Of a stretch of 38,687 nucleotides of DNA, positions 20,501 to 35,500 are shown in pieces. The notes beneath the pieces were generated by a model. It did no database searches. It was not told the DNA's origin and worked only from the letters and a program-made list of their open reading frames with translations. Location: assembly GCA_043228905.1 (NCBI GenBank), contig JBHGNT010000294.1, forward strand, positions 1 through 38,687, given 5' to 3'. Position numbers and translations under genes: made by a program. Every line of letters begins with the position of its first letter. The first letter of the stretch is position 1. The DNA comes from Azolla caroliniana. Taxonomy: Eukaryota; Plantae; Polypodiophyta.

Positions 20501-23500
20501 CTATTTTCGTCAGATCTGTCGACCTGAGTTTCAAAATCTTGATTTTTTAATTCCATATCGTAAGTAGTGTTGTTAGCTTCGATTCGCATGTTTGAACACA
20601 AAAATCCGATATCATAGTCGCCAGGTATGAACATTTAAATTTACCTACTAGCTCTTCTCAACTCACTCCTCAAATTTGGTAATTTCTTCATGTCTGTCGA
20701 CCTGACTTTCAAAATCTTGATTTTTTAATTCCATATCATAGCTAGCGTTGTTAGCTTCGATTCGCATGTTTGAACATAAAAATCCAATATCACAGTCGCC
20801 AGGTATGAACATTTAAATTTACCTCCTAGCTCTTCTCAACTCACTCCTCAAATTTGGTAATTTCTTCATGTCTCTCGACCTGAGTTTCAATATCTTGATT
20901 TTTTGATTCCATATCATAACTAGAGTTGTTAGCTTCGATTTGCATGTTTGAACACAAAAATCCGATATCACACGAGCCAGGTATTAACATTTTAATTTAC
21001 TCAAGGGCTCGTCTCAACTCCCTTGTCTAGGATGCTAATTTCGTCATGTCTCTCGACCTGAGTTTCAAAATCTTGGTTTTTTAATTCCATATCATAGCTA
21101 GCGTTGTTAGCTTCGTTTTGCATGTTTGAACACAAAAATCCGATATCACAGTCGGCAGGTATGAACATTTAAATTTACCTACTAGCTCTTCTCAACTCAC
21201 TCCTCAAATTTGGTAATTTCGTCATGTCTGTCGACCTGAGTTTCAAAATCTTGATTTTTTAATTCTATATCATAACTACCGTTGTTAGCTTCGATTGGCA
21301 TGTTTGAACACAAATATCCGATATCACACGAGCCAGGTATGAACATTTTAATTTACTCAAGGGCTCCTCTCAACTCCCTTGTCAAGGTTGCTAATTTCGT
21401 CATGTCTCTCGACCTGAGTTTCAAAATCTTGATTTTTTAATTCCATATCATACCTAGCGTTGTTATCTTCGATTCGCATGTTTGAACACAAAAATCCGAT
21501 ATCACAGTCGCGAGGTATGAACATTTAAATTTACCTACAAGCTTTTCTTAACTCACTCCTCAAATTTGGTAATTTCTTCATGTCTGTCGACCTGAGTTTC
21601 AAAATCTTGATTTTTTAATTCCATAACATAGCTAGCGTTGTTAGCTTCGATCCGCATGTTTGAACATAAAAATCCGATATCACAGTCGCCAGGTATGAAC
21701 ATTTAAATTTACCTACTAGCTCTTCTCAACTCACTCCTCAAATTTGGTAATTTCTTCATGTCTCTCGACCTGAGTTTCAAAATCTTGATTTCTTAATTCC
21801 ATATCATAACTAGAGTTGTTAGCTTCGATTCGCATGTTTGAACACAAAAATCCGATATCACACGAGGCAGGTATGAATATTTTAATTTACTCAAGGGCTC
21901 CTCTCAACTCCCTCCTCATGTTTGCTATTTTCATCATGTCTCTCGAGCTAAGTTTCAAAATCTTGATTTTTTAATTCCATATCATAGCTAGCATTGTTAG
22001 CTTCGATTCGCATGTTTGAACACATAAATCCGATATCACACGAGCCAGTTATGAACATTTTAATTTACCTACTAGCTCTTCTCAACTCACTCCGCAAATT
22101 TGGTAATTTCGTCATGTCTCTGGACTTGAGTTTTAAAATCTTGATTTTTTAATTCCATATCATAGGTAGCGTTGTTAGCTTCGATTCGCATGTTTGAACA
22201 CAAAAATCCAATATCACACGAGCCAGGTATGAACATTTTAATTTACTCAAGGGCTCCTCTCAACTCCCTTGTCAAGGTAGCTAATTTCATCATGTATCTC
22301 GACCTGAGTTTCAAAATCTTGATTTTCTAATTCCATATCATAGCTAGCGTTGTTAGCTTGTATTCGCATGTTTGAACACAAAAATCCGATATCACAGTCG
22401 CCAGGTATGAACATTTAAATTTACTCAAGGGCTCCTCTCAACTCCCTTGTCAAGGTTACTAATTTTGTCATGTCTCTCGACCTGAGTTTCAAAATCCTAA
22501 TTTTTTAATTCCATATCATAACTAGCGATGTTAGCTTCGATTCGCATGTTTGAACACAAAAATCCAATATCACAGTCGCCAGGTATGAACATTTAAATTT
22601 ACCTACTAGCTCTTCTCAACTCACTCCTCAAATTTGGTAATTTCTTCATGTCTGTTGACCTGAGTTTCAATATCTTGATTTTTTAATTCCATATCATAGC
22701 TAGCGTTGTTAGCTTCGATCCGCATGTTTGAACATAAAAATCCGATATCACAGTCGCCAGGTATGAACATTTTCATTTACCTACTAGCTCTTCTCAACTC
22801 ACTCCTCAAATTTGGTATTTTCGTCATGTCTCTCGACCTGAGTGTCAAAATCTTGATTTTTTATTTCCATATCATAGCTTGCGTTCTTAGCTTCGATTTG
22901 CATGTTTGAACACAAAAATCCGATATGACACGAGCCAGGTATGAACATTTTAATTTACTCAAGGGCTCGTCTCAACTCCCTTGTCAAGGATGCTAATTTC
23001 GTCATGTCTCTCGACCTGAGTTTCAAAATCTTGATTTTTTAATTCCATATCATAGCTAGCGTTGTTAGCTCCATTCGCATGTTTGAACACATAAATCCGA
23101 TATCACACGAGCCAGGTATGAGCATTTTAATTTACTCAAGGGCTCCTCTCAACTCCCTTGTCAAGGTTGCTATTTTCGTCATGTCTCTCGACCTGAGTTT
23201 CAAAATCTTGATTTTTTAATTCCATATCATAACTACCGTTGTTAGCTTCTATTCGCATGTTTGAACACAAAAATCCGATATCACAGTCGCCAGGTATGAA
23301 CATTTAAATTTACTCAAGGGCTCCTCTCAATTCCCTCCTCAAGTTTGCTATTTTCGTCATGTCTCTCGACGTGAGTTTCAAAATCTTGATTTTTTACTTC
23401 CATATAATAGCTAGCGATGTTAGCTTCGATTCGCATGTTTGAACACATAAATCCGATATTACACGAGCCAGGTATGAACATTTTAATTTACTCAAGGGCT

Positions 23501-26500
23501 CTTTTCAACTCCCTCCTCAAGTTTGCTATTTTCGTCATATCTGTCGACCTGAGTTTCAAAATCTTGATTTTTTAATTCCATATCATAACTACCATTGTTA
23601 GCTTCGATTGGCATGTTTGAACACAAATTTCCGATATCACACGAGCCAGGTATGAACATTTTAATTTACTCAAGGGCTCCTCTCAACTCCCTTGTCAAGG
23701 TTGCTAATTTCGTCATGTCTCTCGACCTGAGTTTCAAAATACTAATTTTTTAATTCCATATCATAGCTAGCGATGTTAGCTTCGATTCGCATGTTTGAAC
23801 ACAAAAATCCAATATCACAGTCGCCAGGTATGAATATTTAAATTTACCTACTAGCTCTTCTCAACTCACTCCTCAAATTTGGTAATTTCTTCATGTCTGT
23901 TGAGCTGAGTTTCAATATCTAGATTTTTTAATTCCATATCATAGCTAGCGTTGTTAGCTTCGATCCGCATGTTTGAACATAAAAATCCGATATCACAGTC
24001 GCCAGGTATGAACATTTAAATTTACCTACTAGCTCTTCTCAACTCACTCCTCAAATTTGGTAATTTCTTCATGTCTGTTGACCTGAGTTTCAAAATCTTT
24101 ATTTTTTAATTCCATATCATAGCTAGCGTTGTTAGCTTCGATCCGCATGTTTGAACACAAATATCCGATATGACACGAGCCAGGTATGAACATTTTAATT
24201 TACTCAAGGGCTCCTCTCAACTCCCTCCTCAAGTTTGCTATTTTCGTCATGTCTCTCGACGTGAGTTTCAAAATCTTGATTTTTTACTTCCATATCATAG
24301 CTAGCGATGTTAGCTTCGATTCGCATGTTTGAACACATAAATCCGATATTACACGAGCCAGGTATGAACATTTTAATTTACTCAAGGGCTCCTTTCAACT
24401 CCCTCCTCAAGTTTGCTATTTTCGTCATATCTGTCGACCTGAGTTTCAAAATCTTGATTTTTTAATTCCATATCATAACTACCGTTGTTAGCTTCGATTG
24501 GCATGTTTGAACACAAATTTCCGATATCACACGAGCCAGGTATGAACATTTTAATTTACTCAAGGGCTCCTCTCAACTCCCTTGTCAAGGTTGCTAATTT
24601 CGTCATGTCTCTCGACCTGAGTTTCAAAATTCTAATTTTTTAATTCCATATCATAGCTAGCGATGTTAGCTTCGATTCGCATGTTTGAACACAAAAATCC
24701 AATATCACAGTCGCCAGGTATGAATATTTAAATTTACCTACTAGCTCTTCTCAACTCACTCCTCAAATTTGGTAATTTCTTCATGTCTGTTGAGCTGAGT
24801 TTCAATATCTAGATTTTTTAATTCCATATCATAGCTAGCGTTGTTAGCTTCGATCCGCATGTTTGAACATAAAAATCCGATATCACAGTCGCCAGGTATG
24901 AACATTTAAATTTACCTACTAGCTCTTCTCAACTCACTCCTCAAATTTGGTAATTTCTTCATGTCTGTTGACCTGAGTTTCAAAATCTTTATTTTTTAAT
25001 TCCATATCATAGCTAGCGTTGTTAGCTTCGATCCGCATGTTTGAACACAAATATCCGATATGACACGAGCCAGGTATGAACATTTTAATTTACTCAAGGG
25101 CTCCTCTCAACTCCCTCCTCAAGTTTGCTATTTTCGTCATGTCTCTCGACGTGAGTTTCAAAATCTTGATTTTTTACTTCCATATCATAGCTAGCGATGT
25201 TAGCTTCGATTCGCATGTTTGAACACATAAATCCGATATTACACGAGCCAGGTATGAACATTTTAATTTACTCAAGGGCTCCTTTCAACTCCCTCCTCAA
25301 GTTTGCTATTTTCGTCATATCTGTCGACCTGAGTTTGAAAATCTTGATTTTTTAATTCCATATCATAACTACCGTTGTTAGCTTCGATTGGCATGTTTGA
25401 ACACAAATTTCCGATATCACACGAGCCAGGTATGAACATTTTAATTTACTCAAGGGCTCCTCTCAACTCCCTTGTCAAGGTTGCTAATTTCGTCATGTCT
25501 CTCGACCTGAGTTTCAAAATCCAAATTTTTTAATTCCATATCATAGCTAGCGATGTTAGCTTCGATTCGCTGGTTTGAACACAAAAATCCAATATCACAG
25601 TCGCCAGGTATGAATATTTAAATTTACCTACGAGCTCTTCTCAACTCACTCCTCAAATTTGGTAATTTCTTCATGTCTGTTGACCTGAGTTTCAATATCT
25701 TGATTTTTTAATTCCATATCATAGCTAGCGTTGTTAGCTTCGATCCGCATGTTTGAACATAAAAATCCGATATCACAGTCGCCAGGTATGAACATTTAAA
25801 TTTACCTACTAGCTCTTCTCAACTCACTCCTCAAATTTGGTAATTTCTTCATGTCTGTCGACCTGACTTTCAAAATCTTGATTTTTTAATTCCATATCAT
25901 AGCTAGCGTTGTTAGCTTCGATTCGCATGTTTGAACATAAAAATCCAATATCACAGTTGCCAGGTATGAACATTTAAATTTACCTCCTAGCTCTTCTCAA
26001 CTCACTCCTCAAATTTGGTAATTTCTTCATGTCTCTCGACCTGAGTTTCAATATCTTGATTTTTTGATTCCATATCATAACTAGAGTTGTTAGCTTCGAT
26101 TTGCATGTTTGAACACAAAAATCCGATATCACACGAGCCAGGTATGAACATTTTAATTTACTCAAGGGCTCGTCTCAACTCCCTTGTCAAGGATGCTAAT
26201 TTCGTCATGTCTCTCGACCTGAGTTTCAAAATCTTGGTTTTTTAATTCCATATCATAGCTAGCGTTGTTAGCTTCGTTTTGCATGTTTGAACACTAAAAT
26301 CCGATATCACAGTCGGCAGGTATGAACATTTAAATTTACCTACTAGCTCTTCTCAACTCACTCCTCAAATTTGGTAATTTCGTCATGTCTGTCGACCTGA
26401 GTTTCAAAATCTTGATTTTTTAATTCCATATCATAACTACCGTTGTTAGCTTCGATTGGCATGTTTGAACACAAATATCCGATATCACACGAGCCAGGTA

Positions 26501-29500
26501 TGAACATTTTAATTTACTCAAGGGCTCCTCTCAACTCCCTTGTCAAGGTTGCTAATTTCGTCATGTCTCTCGACCTGAGTTTCAAAATCTTGATTTTTTA
26601 ATTCCATATCATACCTAGCGTTGTTATCTTCGATTCGCATGTTTGAACACAAAAATCCGATATCACAGTCGCGAGGTATGAACATTTAAATTTACCTACA
26701 AGCTTTTCTTAACTCACTCCTCAAATTTGGTAATTTCTTCATGTCTGTCGACCTGAGTTTCAAAATCTTGATTTTTTAATTCCATAACATAGCTAGCGTT
26801 GTTAGCTTCGATCCGCATGTTTGAACATAAAAGTCCGATATCACAGTCGCCAGGTATGAACATTTAAATTTACCTACTAGCTCTTCTCAACTCACTCCTC
26901 AAATTTCAAAATCTTGAGTTTCAAAATCTTGAGTTTCAAAATCTTGATTTCTTAATTCCATATCATAACTAGAGTTGTTAGCTTCGATTCGCATGTTTGA
27001 ACACAAAAATCCGATATCACACGAGCCAGGTATGAATATTTTAATTTACTCAAGGGCTCCTCTCAACTCCCTCCTCATGTTTGCTATTTTCGTCATGTCT
27101 CTCGAGCTAAGTTTCAAAATCTTGATTTTTTAATTCCATATCATAGCTAGCATTGTTAGCTTCGATTCGCATGTTTGAACACATAAATCCGATATCACAC
27201 GAGCCAGTTATGAACATTTTAATTTACCTACTAGCTCTTCTCAACTCACTCCGCAAATTTGGTAATTTCGTCATGTCTCTGGACTTGAGTTTTAAAATCT
27301 TGATTTTTTAATTCCATATCATAGGTAGCGTTGTTAGCTTCGATTCGCATGTTTGAACACAAAAATCCAATGTCACACGAGCCAGGTATGAACATTTTAA
27401 TTTACTCAAGGGCTCCTCTCAACTCCCTTGTCAAGGTAGCTAATTTCATCATGTATCTCGACCTTAGTTTCAAAATCTTGATTTTCTAATTCCATATCAT
27501 AGCTAGCGTTGTTAGCTTCTATTCGCATGTTTGAACACAAAAATCCGATATCACAGTCGCCAGGTATGAACATTTAAATTTACTCAAGGGCTCCTCTCAA
27601 CTCCCTTGTCAAGGTTACTAATTTCGTCATGTCTCTCGACCTGAGTTTCAAAATCCTAATTTTTTAATTCCATATCATAACTAGCGATGTTAGCTTCGAT
27701 TCGCATGTTTGAACACAAAAATCCAATATCACAGTCGCCAGGTATGAAAATTTAAATTTACCTACTAGCTCTTCTCAACTCACTCCTCAAATTTGGTAAT
27801 TTCTTCATGTCTGTTGACCTGAGTTTCAATATCTTGATTTTTTAATTCCATATCATAGCTAGCGTTGTTAGCTTCGATCCGCATGTTTGAACATAAAAAT
27901 CCGATATCACAGTCGCCAGGTATGAACATTTTCATTTACCTACTAGCTCTTCTCAACTCACTCCTCAAATTTGGTAATTTCTTCATGTCTGTTGACCTGA
28001 GTTTCAATATCTAGATTTTTTAATTCCATATCATAGCTAGCGTTGTTAGCTTCGATCCGCATGTTTGAACATAAAAATCCGATATCACAGTCGCCAGGTA
28101 TGAACATTTAAATTTACCTACTAGCTCTTCTCAACTCCCTCCTCAAATTTGGTAATTTCTTCATGTCTGTTGACCTGAGTTTCAAAATCTTTATTTTTTA
28201 ATTCCATATCATAGCTAGCGTTGTTAGCTCCATTCGCATGTTTGAACACATAAATCCGATATCACACGAGCCAGGTATGAGCATTTTAATTTACTCAAGG
28301 GCTCCTCTCAACTCCCTTGTCAAGGTTGCTATTTTCGTCATGTCTCTCGACCTGAGTTTCAAAATCTTGATTTTTTAATTCGATATCATAACTACCGTTG
28401 TTAGCTTCGATTGGCATGTTTGAAAACAAATATCCGATATGACACGAGCCAGGTATGAACATTTTAATTTACTCAAGGGCTCCTCTCAACTCCCTCCTCA
28501 AGTTTGCTATTTTCGTCATGTCTCTCGACGTGAGTTTCAAAATCTTGATTTTTTACTTCCATATAATAGCTAGCGATGTTAGCTTCGATTCGCATGTTTG
28601 AACACATAAATCCGATATTACACGAGCCAGGTATGAACATTTTAATTTACTCAAGGGCTCCTCTCAACTCCCTTGTCAAGGTTGCTAATTTCATCATGTC
28701 TCTCGATCTGAGTTTCAAAATCTTTATTTTCTAATTCCATATCATAGCTAGCGTTGTTAAATTCAATTCGCATGTTTGAACATAAAAATCCGATATCACA
28801 CGAGCCAGGTATGAGTATTTAAATTTACCTACTAGCTCTTCTCAACTCACTCCTCAAAGTTGGTAATCTCATCATGTCTCTCGACCTGAGTTTCAAAATC
28901 TTGATTTTTTAATTCCATATCATAGGTAGCGTTGTTAGCTTCGATTCGCATGTTTGAACACAAAAATCCAATATCACACGAGCCAGGTATGAACATTTTA
29001 ATTTACTCAAGGGCTCCTCTCAACTCCCTTGTCACGGTAGCTAATTTCATCATGTCTCTCGACCTGAGTTTCAAAATCTTGATTTTCTAATTCCATATCA
29101 TAGCTAGCGTTGTTAGCTTCGATTCGAATGTTTGAACACAAAAATCCGATATCACAGTCGCCAGGTATGAATATTTAAATTTACCTACTAGCTCTTCTCA
29201 ACTCACTCCTCAAATTTGGTAATTTCTTCATGTCTCTCGACGTGAGTTTCAAAATCTTGATTTCTTAATTCCATATCATAACTAGAGTTGTTAGCTTCGA
29301 TTCGCATGTTTGAACACAAAAATCCGATATCACACGAGCCAGGTATGAATATTTTAATTTACTCAAGGGCTCCTCTCAACTCCCTCCTCATGTTTGCTAT
29401 TTTCGTCATGTCTCTCGAGCTAAGTATCAAAATCTTGATTTTTTAATTCCATATCATAGCTAGCATTGTTAGCTTCGATTCGCATGTTTGAACACATAAA

Positions 29501-32500
29501 TCCGATATCACACGAGCCAGTTATGAACATTTTAATTTACCTACTAGCTCTTCTCAACTCACTCCGCAAATTTGGTAATTTCGTCATGTCTCTGGACTTG
29601 AGTTTTAAAATCTTGATTTTTTAATTCCATATCATAGGTAGCGTTGTTAGCTTCGATTCGCATGTTTGAACACAAAAATCCAATATCACACGAGCCAGGT
29701 ATGAACATTTTAATTTACCTACTAGCTCTTCTCAACTCACTCCTCAAATTTGGTAATTTCTTCATGTCTGTTGACCTGAGTTTCAATATCCGATATGACA
29801 CGAGCCAGGTATGAGCATTTTAATTTACTCAAGGGCTCCTCTCAACTCCCTTGTCAAGGTTGCTATTTTCGTCATGTCTCTCGACCTGAGTTTCAAAATC
29901 TTGATTTTTTAATTCCATATCATAACTACCGTTGTTAGCTTCGATTCGCATGTTTGAACACAAAAATCCGATATCACACGAGCCAGGTATGAACATTTTA
30001 ATTTACTCAAGGGCTCCTCTCAACTCCCTTTTCAAGGTTGCTAATTTCGTCATGTCTCTCGACCTGAGTTTCAAAATCTTGATTTTTTAATTCCATATCA
30101 TAGCTAGCGTTGTTAGCTTCGATTCTCATGTTTGAACACATAAATCCGATATCACACGAGCCAGGTATGAACATTTAAATTTACCTACTAGCTCTTCTCA
30201 ACTCACTCCTCAAATTTGGTAATTTCTTTATGTCTGTTGACCTGAGTTTCAAAATCTTGATTTTTTAATTCCATATCATAGCTAGCGTTGTTAGCTTCGA
30301 TCCGCATGTTTGAACATAAAAATCTGATATCACAGTCGCCAGGTATGAACATTTAAATTTACCTACTAGCTCTTCTCAACTCACTCCATATCGTAACTAG
30401 TGTTGTTAGCTTCGATTCGCATGTTTGAACACATAAATCCGATATCACACGAGCTAGGTATGAACATTTTAATTTACTCAAGGGCTCCTCTCAACTCCCT
30501 TGTCAAGGTTGCAAATTTCGTCATGTCTCTCGACCTGAGTTTCAAAATCTTGATTTTTTAATTCCATATTATACCTAGTGTTGTTAGCTTCGATTCGCAT
30601 GTTTGAAGACAAAAATCCGATATCACAGTCGCCAGGTATGAACATTTAAATTTACCTACTAGCTCTTCTGAACTCACTCCTCAAATTTGGTAATTTCTTC
30701 ATGTCTCTCGACCTGAGTTTCAAAATCTTGATTTTTTATTTCCATATCATAACTAGAGTTGTTAGCTTCGATTTGCATGTTTGAACAGAAAAATCCGATA
30801 TGACACGAGCCAGGTATGAACATTTTAATTTATTCAAGGGCTCGTCTCAACTCCCTTGTCAAGGATGCTAATTTCGTCATGTCTCTCGACCTGAGTTTCA
30901 AAATCTTGATTTTTTAATTCCATATCATAGCTAGCGTTGTTAGCTTCGATTCTCATGTTTGAACACATAAATCCGATATCACACGAGCCAGGTATGAGCA
31001 TTTTAATTTACTCAAGGGCTCGTCTCAACTCCCTTGTCAAGGTTGCTATTTTCGTCATGTCTCTCGACATGAGTTTCAAAATCTTGATTTTTTAATTCCA
31101 TATCATAACTACCGTTGTAAGCTTCGATTGGCATGTTTGAAATCAAATATCCGATATCACACGAGCCAGGTATGAACATTTTAATTTACTCAAGGGCTCC
31201 TCTCAACTCCCTCCTCAAGTTTGCTATTTTCGTCATGTCTCTCGACGTGAGTTTCAAAATCTTGATTTTTTAATTCCATATCATAGCTAGCGTTGTTAGC
31301 TTCGATTCTCATGTTTGAACACATAAATCCGATATCACACGAGCCAGGTATGAACATTTTAATTTAGTCAAGGGCTCTTCTCAACTCCCTCCTCAAGTTT
31401 GCTATTTTCGTCAGATCTGTCGACCTGAGTTTCAAAATCTTGATTTTTTAATTCCATATCATAACTACCGTTGTTAGCTTCGATTCGCATGTTTGAACAC
31501 AAATATCCGATATCACACGAGCCAGTTATGAACATTTTAATTTACTCAAGGGCTCCTCTCAACTCCCTTGTCAAGGTTGCTAATTTCGTCATGTCTCTCG
31601 ACCTGAGTTTCAAAATCTTGATTTTTTAATTCCATATCATAGCTAGCGATATTAGCTTCGATTCGCATGTTTGAACACATAAATCCAATATCACACGAGC
31701 CAGGTATGAACATTTTCATTTACCTACTAGCTCTTCTCAACTCACTCCTGAAATTTGGTAATTTCGTCATGTCTCTCGACCTGAGTGTCAAAATCTTGAT
31801 TTTTTATTTCCATATCATAGCTAGCGTTGTTAACTTCGATTGGCATGTTTGAACACAAATATCCGATATGACACGAGCCAGGTATGAACATTTTAATTTA
31901 CTCAAGGGCTCCTCTCAACTCCCTTGTCAAGGTTGCTAATTTCGTCATGTCTCTCGACGTGAGTTTCAAAATCTTGATTTTTTAATTCCATATCATACCT
32001 AGCGTTGTTAGCTTCGATTCGCATGTTTGAACACAAAAATCCGATATCACACGAGCCAGGTATGAACATTTTAATTTACTCAAGGGCTCCTCTCAACTCC
32101 CTTTTCAAGGTTGCTAATTTCGTCATGTCTCTCGACCTGAGTTTCAAAATCTTGATTTTTTAATTCCATATCATAGCTAGCGTTGTTAGCTTCGATTCTC
32201 ATGTTTGAACACATAAATCCGATATCACACGAGCCAGGTATGAACATTTAAATTTACCTACTAGCTCTTCTCAACTCACTCCTCAAATTTGGTAATTTCT
32301 TTATGTCTGTTGACCTGAGTTTCAAAATCTTGATTTTTTAATTCCATATCATAGCTAGCGTTGTTAGCTTCGATCCGCATGTTTGAACATAAAAATCCGA
32401 TATCACAGTCGCCAGGTATGAACATTTAAATTTACCTACTAGCTCTTCTCAACTCCCTTGTCAAGGATGCTAATTTCGTCATGTCTCTCGACCTGAGTTT

Positions 32501-35500
32501 CAAAATCTTGATTTTTTAATTCCATATCATAGCTAGCGTTGTTAGCTTCGATTCTCATGTTTGAACACATAAATCCGATATCACACGAGCCAGGTATGAA
32601 CATGTTAATTTACTCAAGGGCTCCTCTCAACTCCCTTGTCAAGGTTGCTATTTTCGTCATGTCTCTTGACCTGAGTTTCAAAATCTTGATTTTTTAATTC
32701 CATATCATAGCTAGCGTTGTTAGCTTCGATTCTCATGTTTGAACACATAAATCCGATATGACACGAGCTAGGTATGAACATTTTAATTTACTCAAGGGCT
32801 CTTCTCAACTCCCTCCTCAAGTTTCCTATTTTCGTCAGATCTGTCGACCTGAGTTTCAAAATCTTGATTTTTTAATTCCGTATCATAGCTAGCGTTGTTA
32901 ACTTCGATTGGCATGTCTGAACACAAAAATCCGATATCACACGAGCCAGGTATGAACATTTTAATTTACTCAAGGGCTCCTCTCAACTCCCTTTTCAAGG
33001 TTGCTAATTTCGTCATGTCTCTCGACCTGAGTGTCAAAATCTTGATTTTTTAATTCCATATCATAGCTTGCGTTGTTAGCTCCATTCGCATGTTTGAACA
33101 CATAAATCCGATATCACACGAGCCAGGTATGAGCATTTTAATTTACTCAAGGGCTCGTCTCAACTCCCTTGTCAAGGTTGCTATTTTCGTCATGTCTCTC
33201 GACATGAGTTTCAAAATCTTGATTTTTTAATTCCATATCATAACTACCGTTGTAAGCTTCGATTGGCATGTTTGAAATCAAATATCCGATATCACACGAG
33301 CCAGGTATGAACATTTTAATTTACTCAAGGGCTCCTCTCAACTCCCTCCTCAAGTTTGCTATTTTCGTCATGTCTCTCGACGTGAGTTTCAAAATCTTGA
33401 TTTTTTAATTCCATATCATAGCTAGCGTTGTTAGCTTCGATTCTCATGTTTGAACACATAAATCCGATATCACACGAGCCAGGTATGAACATTTTAATTT
33501 AGTCAAGGGCTCTTCTCAACTCCCTCCTCAAGTTTGCTATTTTCGTCAGATCTGTCGACCTGAGTTTCAAAATCTTGATTTTTTAATTCCATATCATAAC
33601 TACCGTTGTTAGCTTCGATTCGCATGTTTGAACACAAATATCCGATATCACACGAGCCAGTTATGAACATTTTAATTTACTCAAGGGCTCCTCTCAACTC
33701 CCTTGTCAAGGTTGCTAATTTCGTCATGTCTCTCGACCTGAGTTTCAAAATCTTGATTTTTTAATTCCATATCATAGCTAGCGATATTAGCTTCGATTCG
33801 CATGTTTGAACACATAAATCCAATATCACACGAGCCAGGTATGAACATTTTCATTTACCTACTAGCTCTTCTCAACTCACTCCTGAAATTTGGTAATTTC
33901 GTCATGTCTCTCGACCTGAGTGTCAAAATCTTGATTTTTTATTTCCATATCATAGCTAGCGTTGTTAACTTCGATTGGCATGTTTGAACACAAATATCCG
34001 ATATGACACGAGCCAGGTATGAACATTTTAATTTACTCAAGGGCTCCTCTCAACTCCCTTGTCAAGGTTGCTAATTTCGTCATGTCTCTCGACGTGAGTT
34101 TCAAAATCTTGATTTTTTAATTCCATATCATACCTAGCGTTGTTAGCTTCGATTCGCATGTTTGAACACAAAAATCCGATATCACACGAGCCAGGTATGA
34201 ACATTTTAATTTACTCAAGGGCTCCTCTCAACTCCCTTTTCAAGGTTGCTAATTTCGTCATGTCTCTCGACCTGAGTTTCAAAATCTTGATTTTTTAATT
34301 CCATATCATAGCTAGCGTTGTTAGCTTCGATTCTCATGTTTGAACACATAAATCCGATATCACACGAGCCAGGTATGAACATTTAAATTTACCTACTAGC
34401 TCTTCTCAACTCACTCCTCAAATTTGGTAATTTCTTTATGTCTGTTGACCTGAGTTTCAAAATCTTGATTTTTTAATTCCATATCATAGCTAGCGTTGTT
34501 AGCTTCGATCCGCATGTTTGAACATAAAAATCCGATATCACAGTCGCCAGGTATGAACATTTAAATTTACCTACTAGCTCTTCTCAACTCACTCCTCAAA
34601 TTTGGTAATTTCTTCATGTCTCTCGACCTGAGTTTCAAAATCTTGATTTTTTATTTCCATATCATAACTAGAGTTGTTAGCTTCGATTTGCATGTTTGAA
34701 CAGAAAAATCCGATATGACACGAGCCAGGTATGAACATTTTAATTTATTCAAGGGCTCGTCTCAACTCCCTTGTCAAGGATGCTAATTTCGTCATGTCTC
34801 TCGACCTGAGTTTCAAAATCTTGATTTTTTAATTCCATATCATAGCTAGCGTTGTTAGCTTCGATTCTCATGTTTGAACACATAAATCCGATATGACACG
34901 AGCTAGGTATGAACATTTTAATTTACTCAAGGGCTCTTCTCAACTCCCTCCTCAAGTTTCCTATTTTCGTCAGATCTGTCGACCTGAGTTTCAAAATCTT
35001 GATTTTTTAATTCCATATCATAGCTAGCGATATTAGCTTCGATTCGCATGTTTGAACACATAAATCCAATATCACACGAGCCAGGTATGAACATTTTCAT
35101 TTACCTACTAGCTCTTCTCAACTCACTCCTGAAATTTGGTAATTTCGTCATGTCTCTCGACCTGAGTGTCAAAATCTTGATTTTTTATTTCCATATCATA
35201 GCTAGCGTTGTTAACTTCGATTGGCATGTTTGAACACAAATATCCGATATGACACGAGCCAGGTATGAACATTTTAATTTACTCAAGGGCTCCTCTCAAC
35301 TCCCTTGTCAAGGTTGCTAATTTCGTCATGTCTCTCGACCTGAGTTTCAAAATCTTGATTTTTTAATTCCATATCATACCTAGCGTTGTTAGCTTCGATT
35401 CGCATGTTTGAACACAAAAATCCGATATCACACGAGCCAGGTATGAACATTTTAATTTACTCAAGGGCTCCTCTCAACTCCCTTTTCAAGGTTGCTAATT

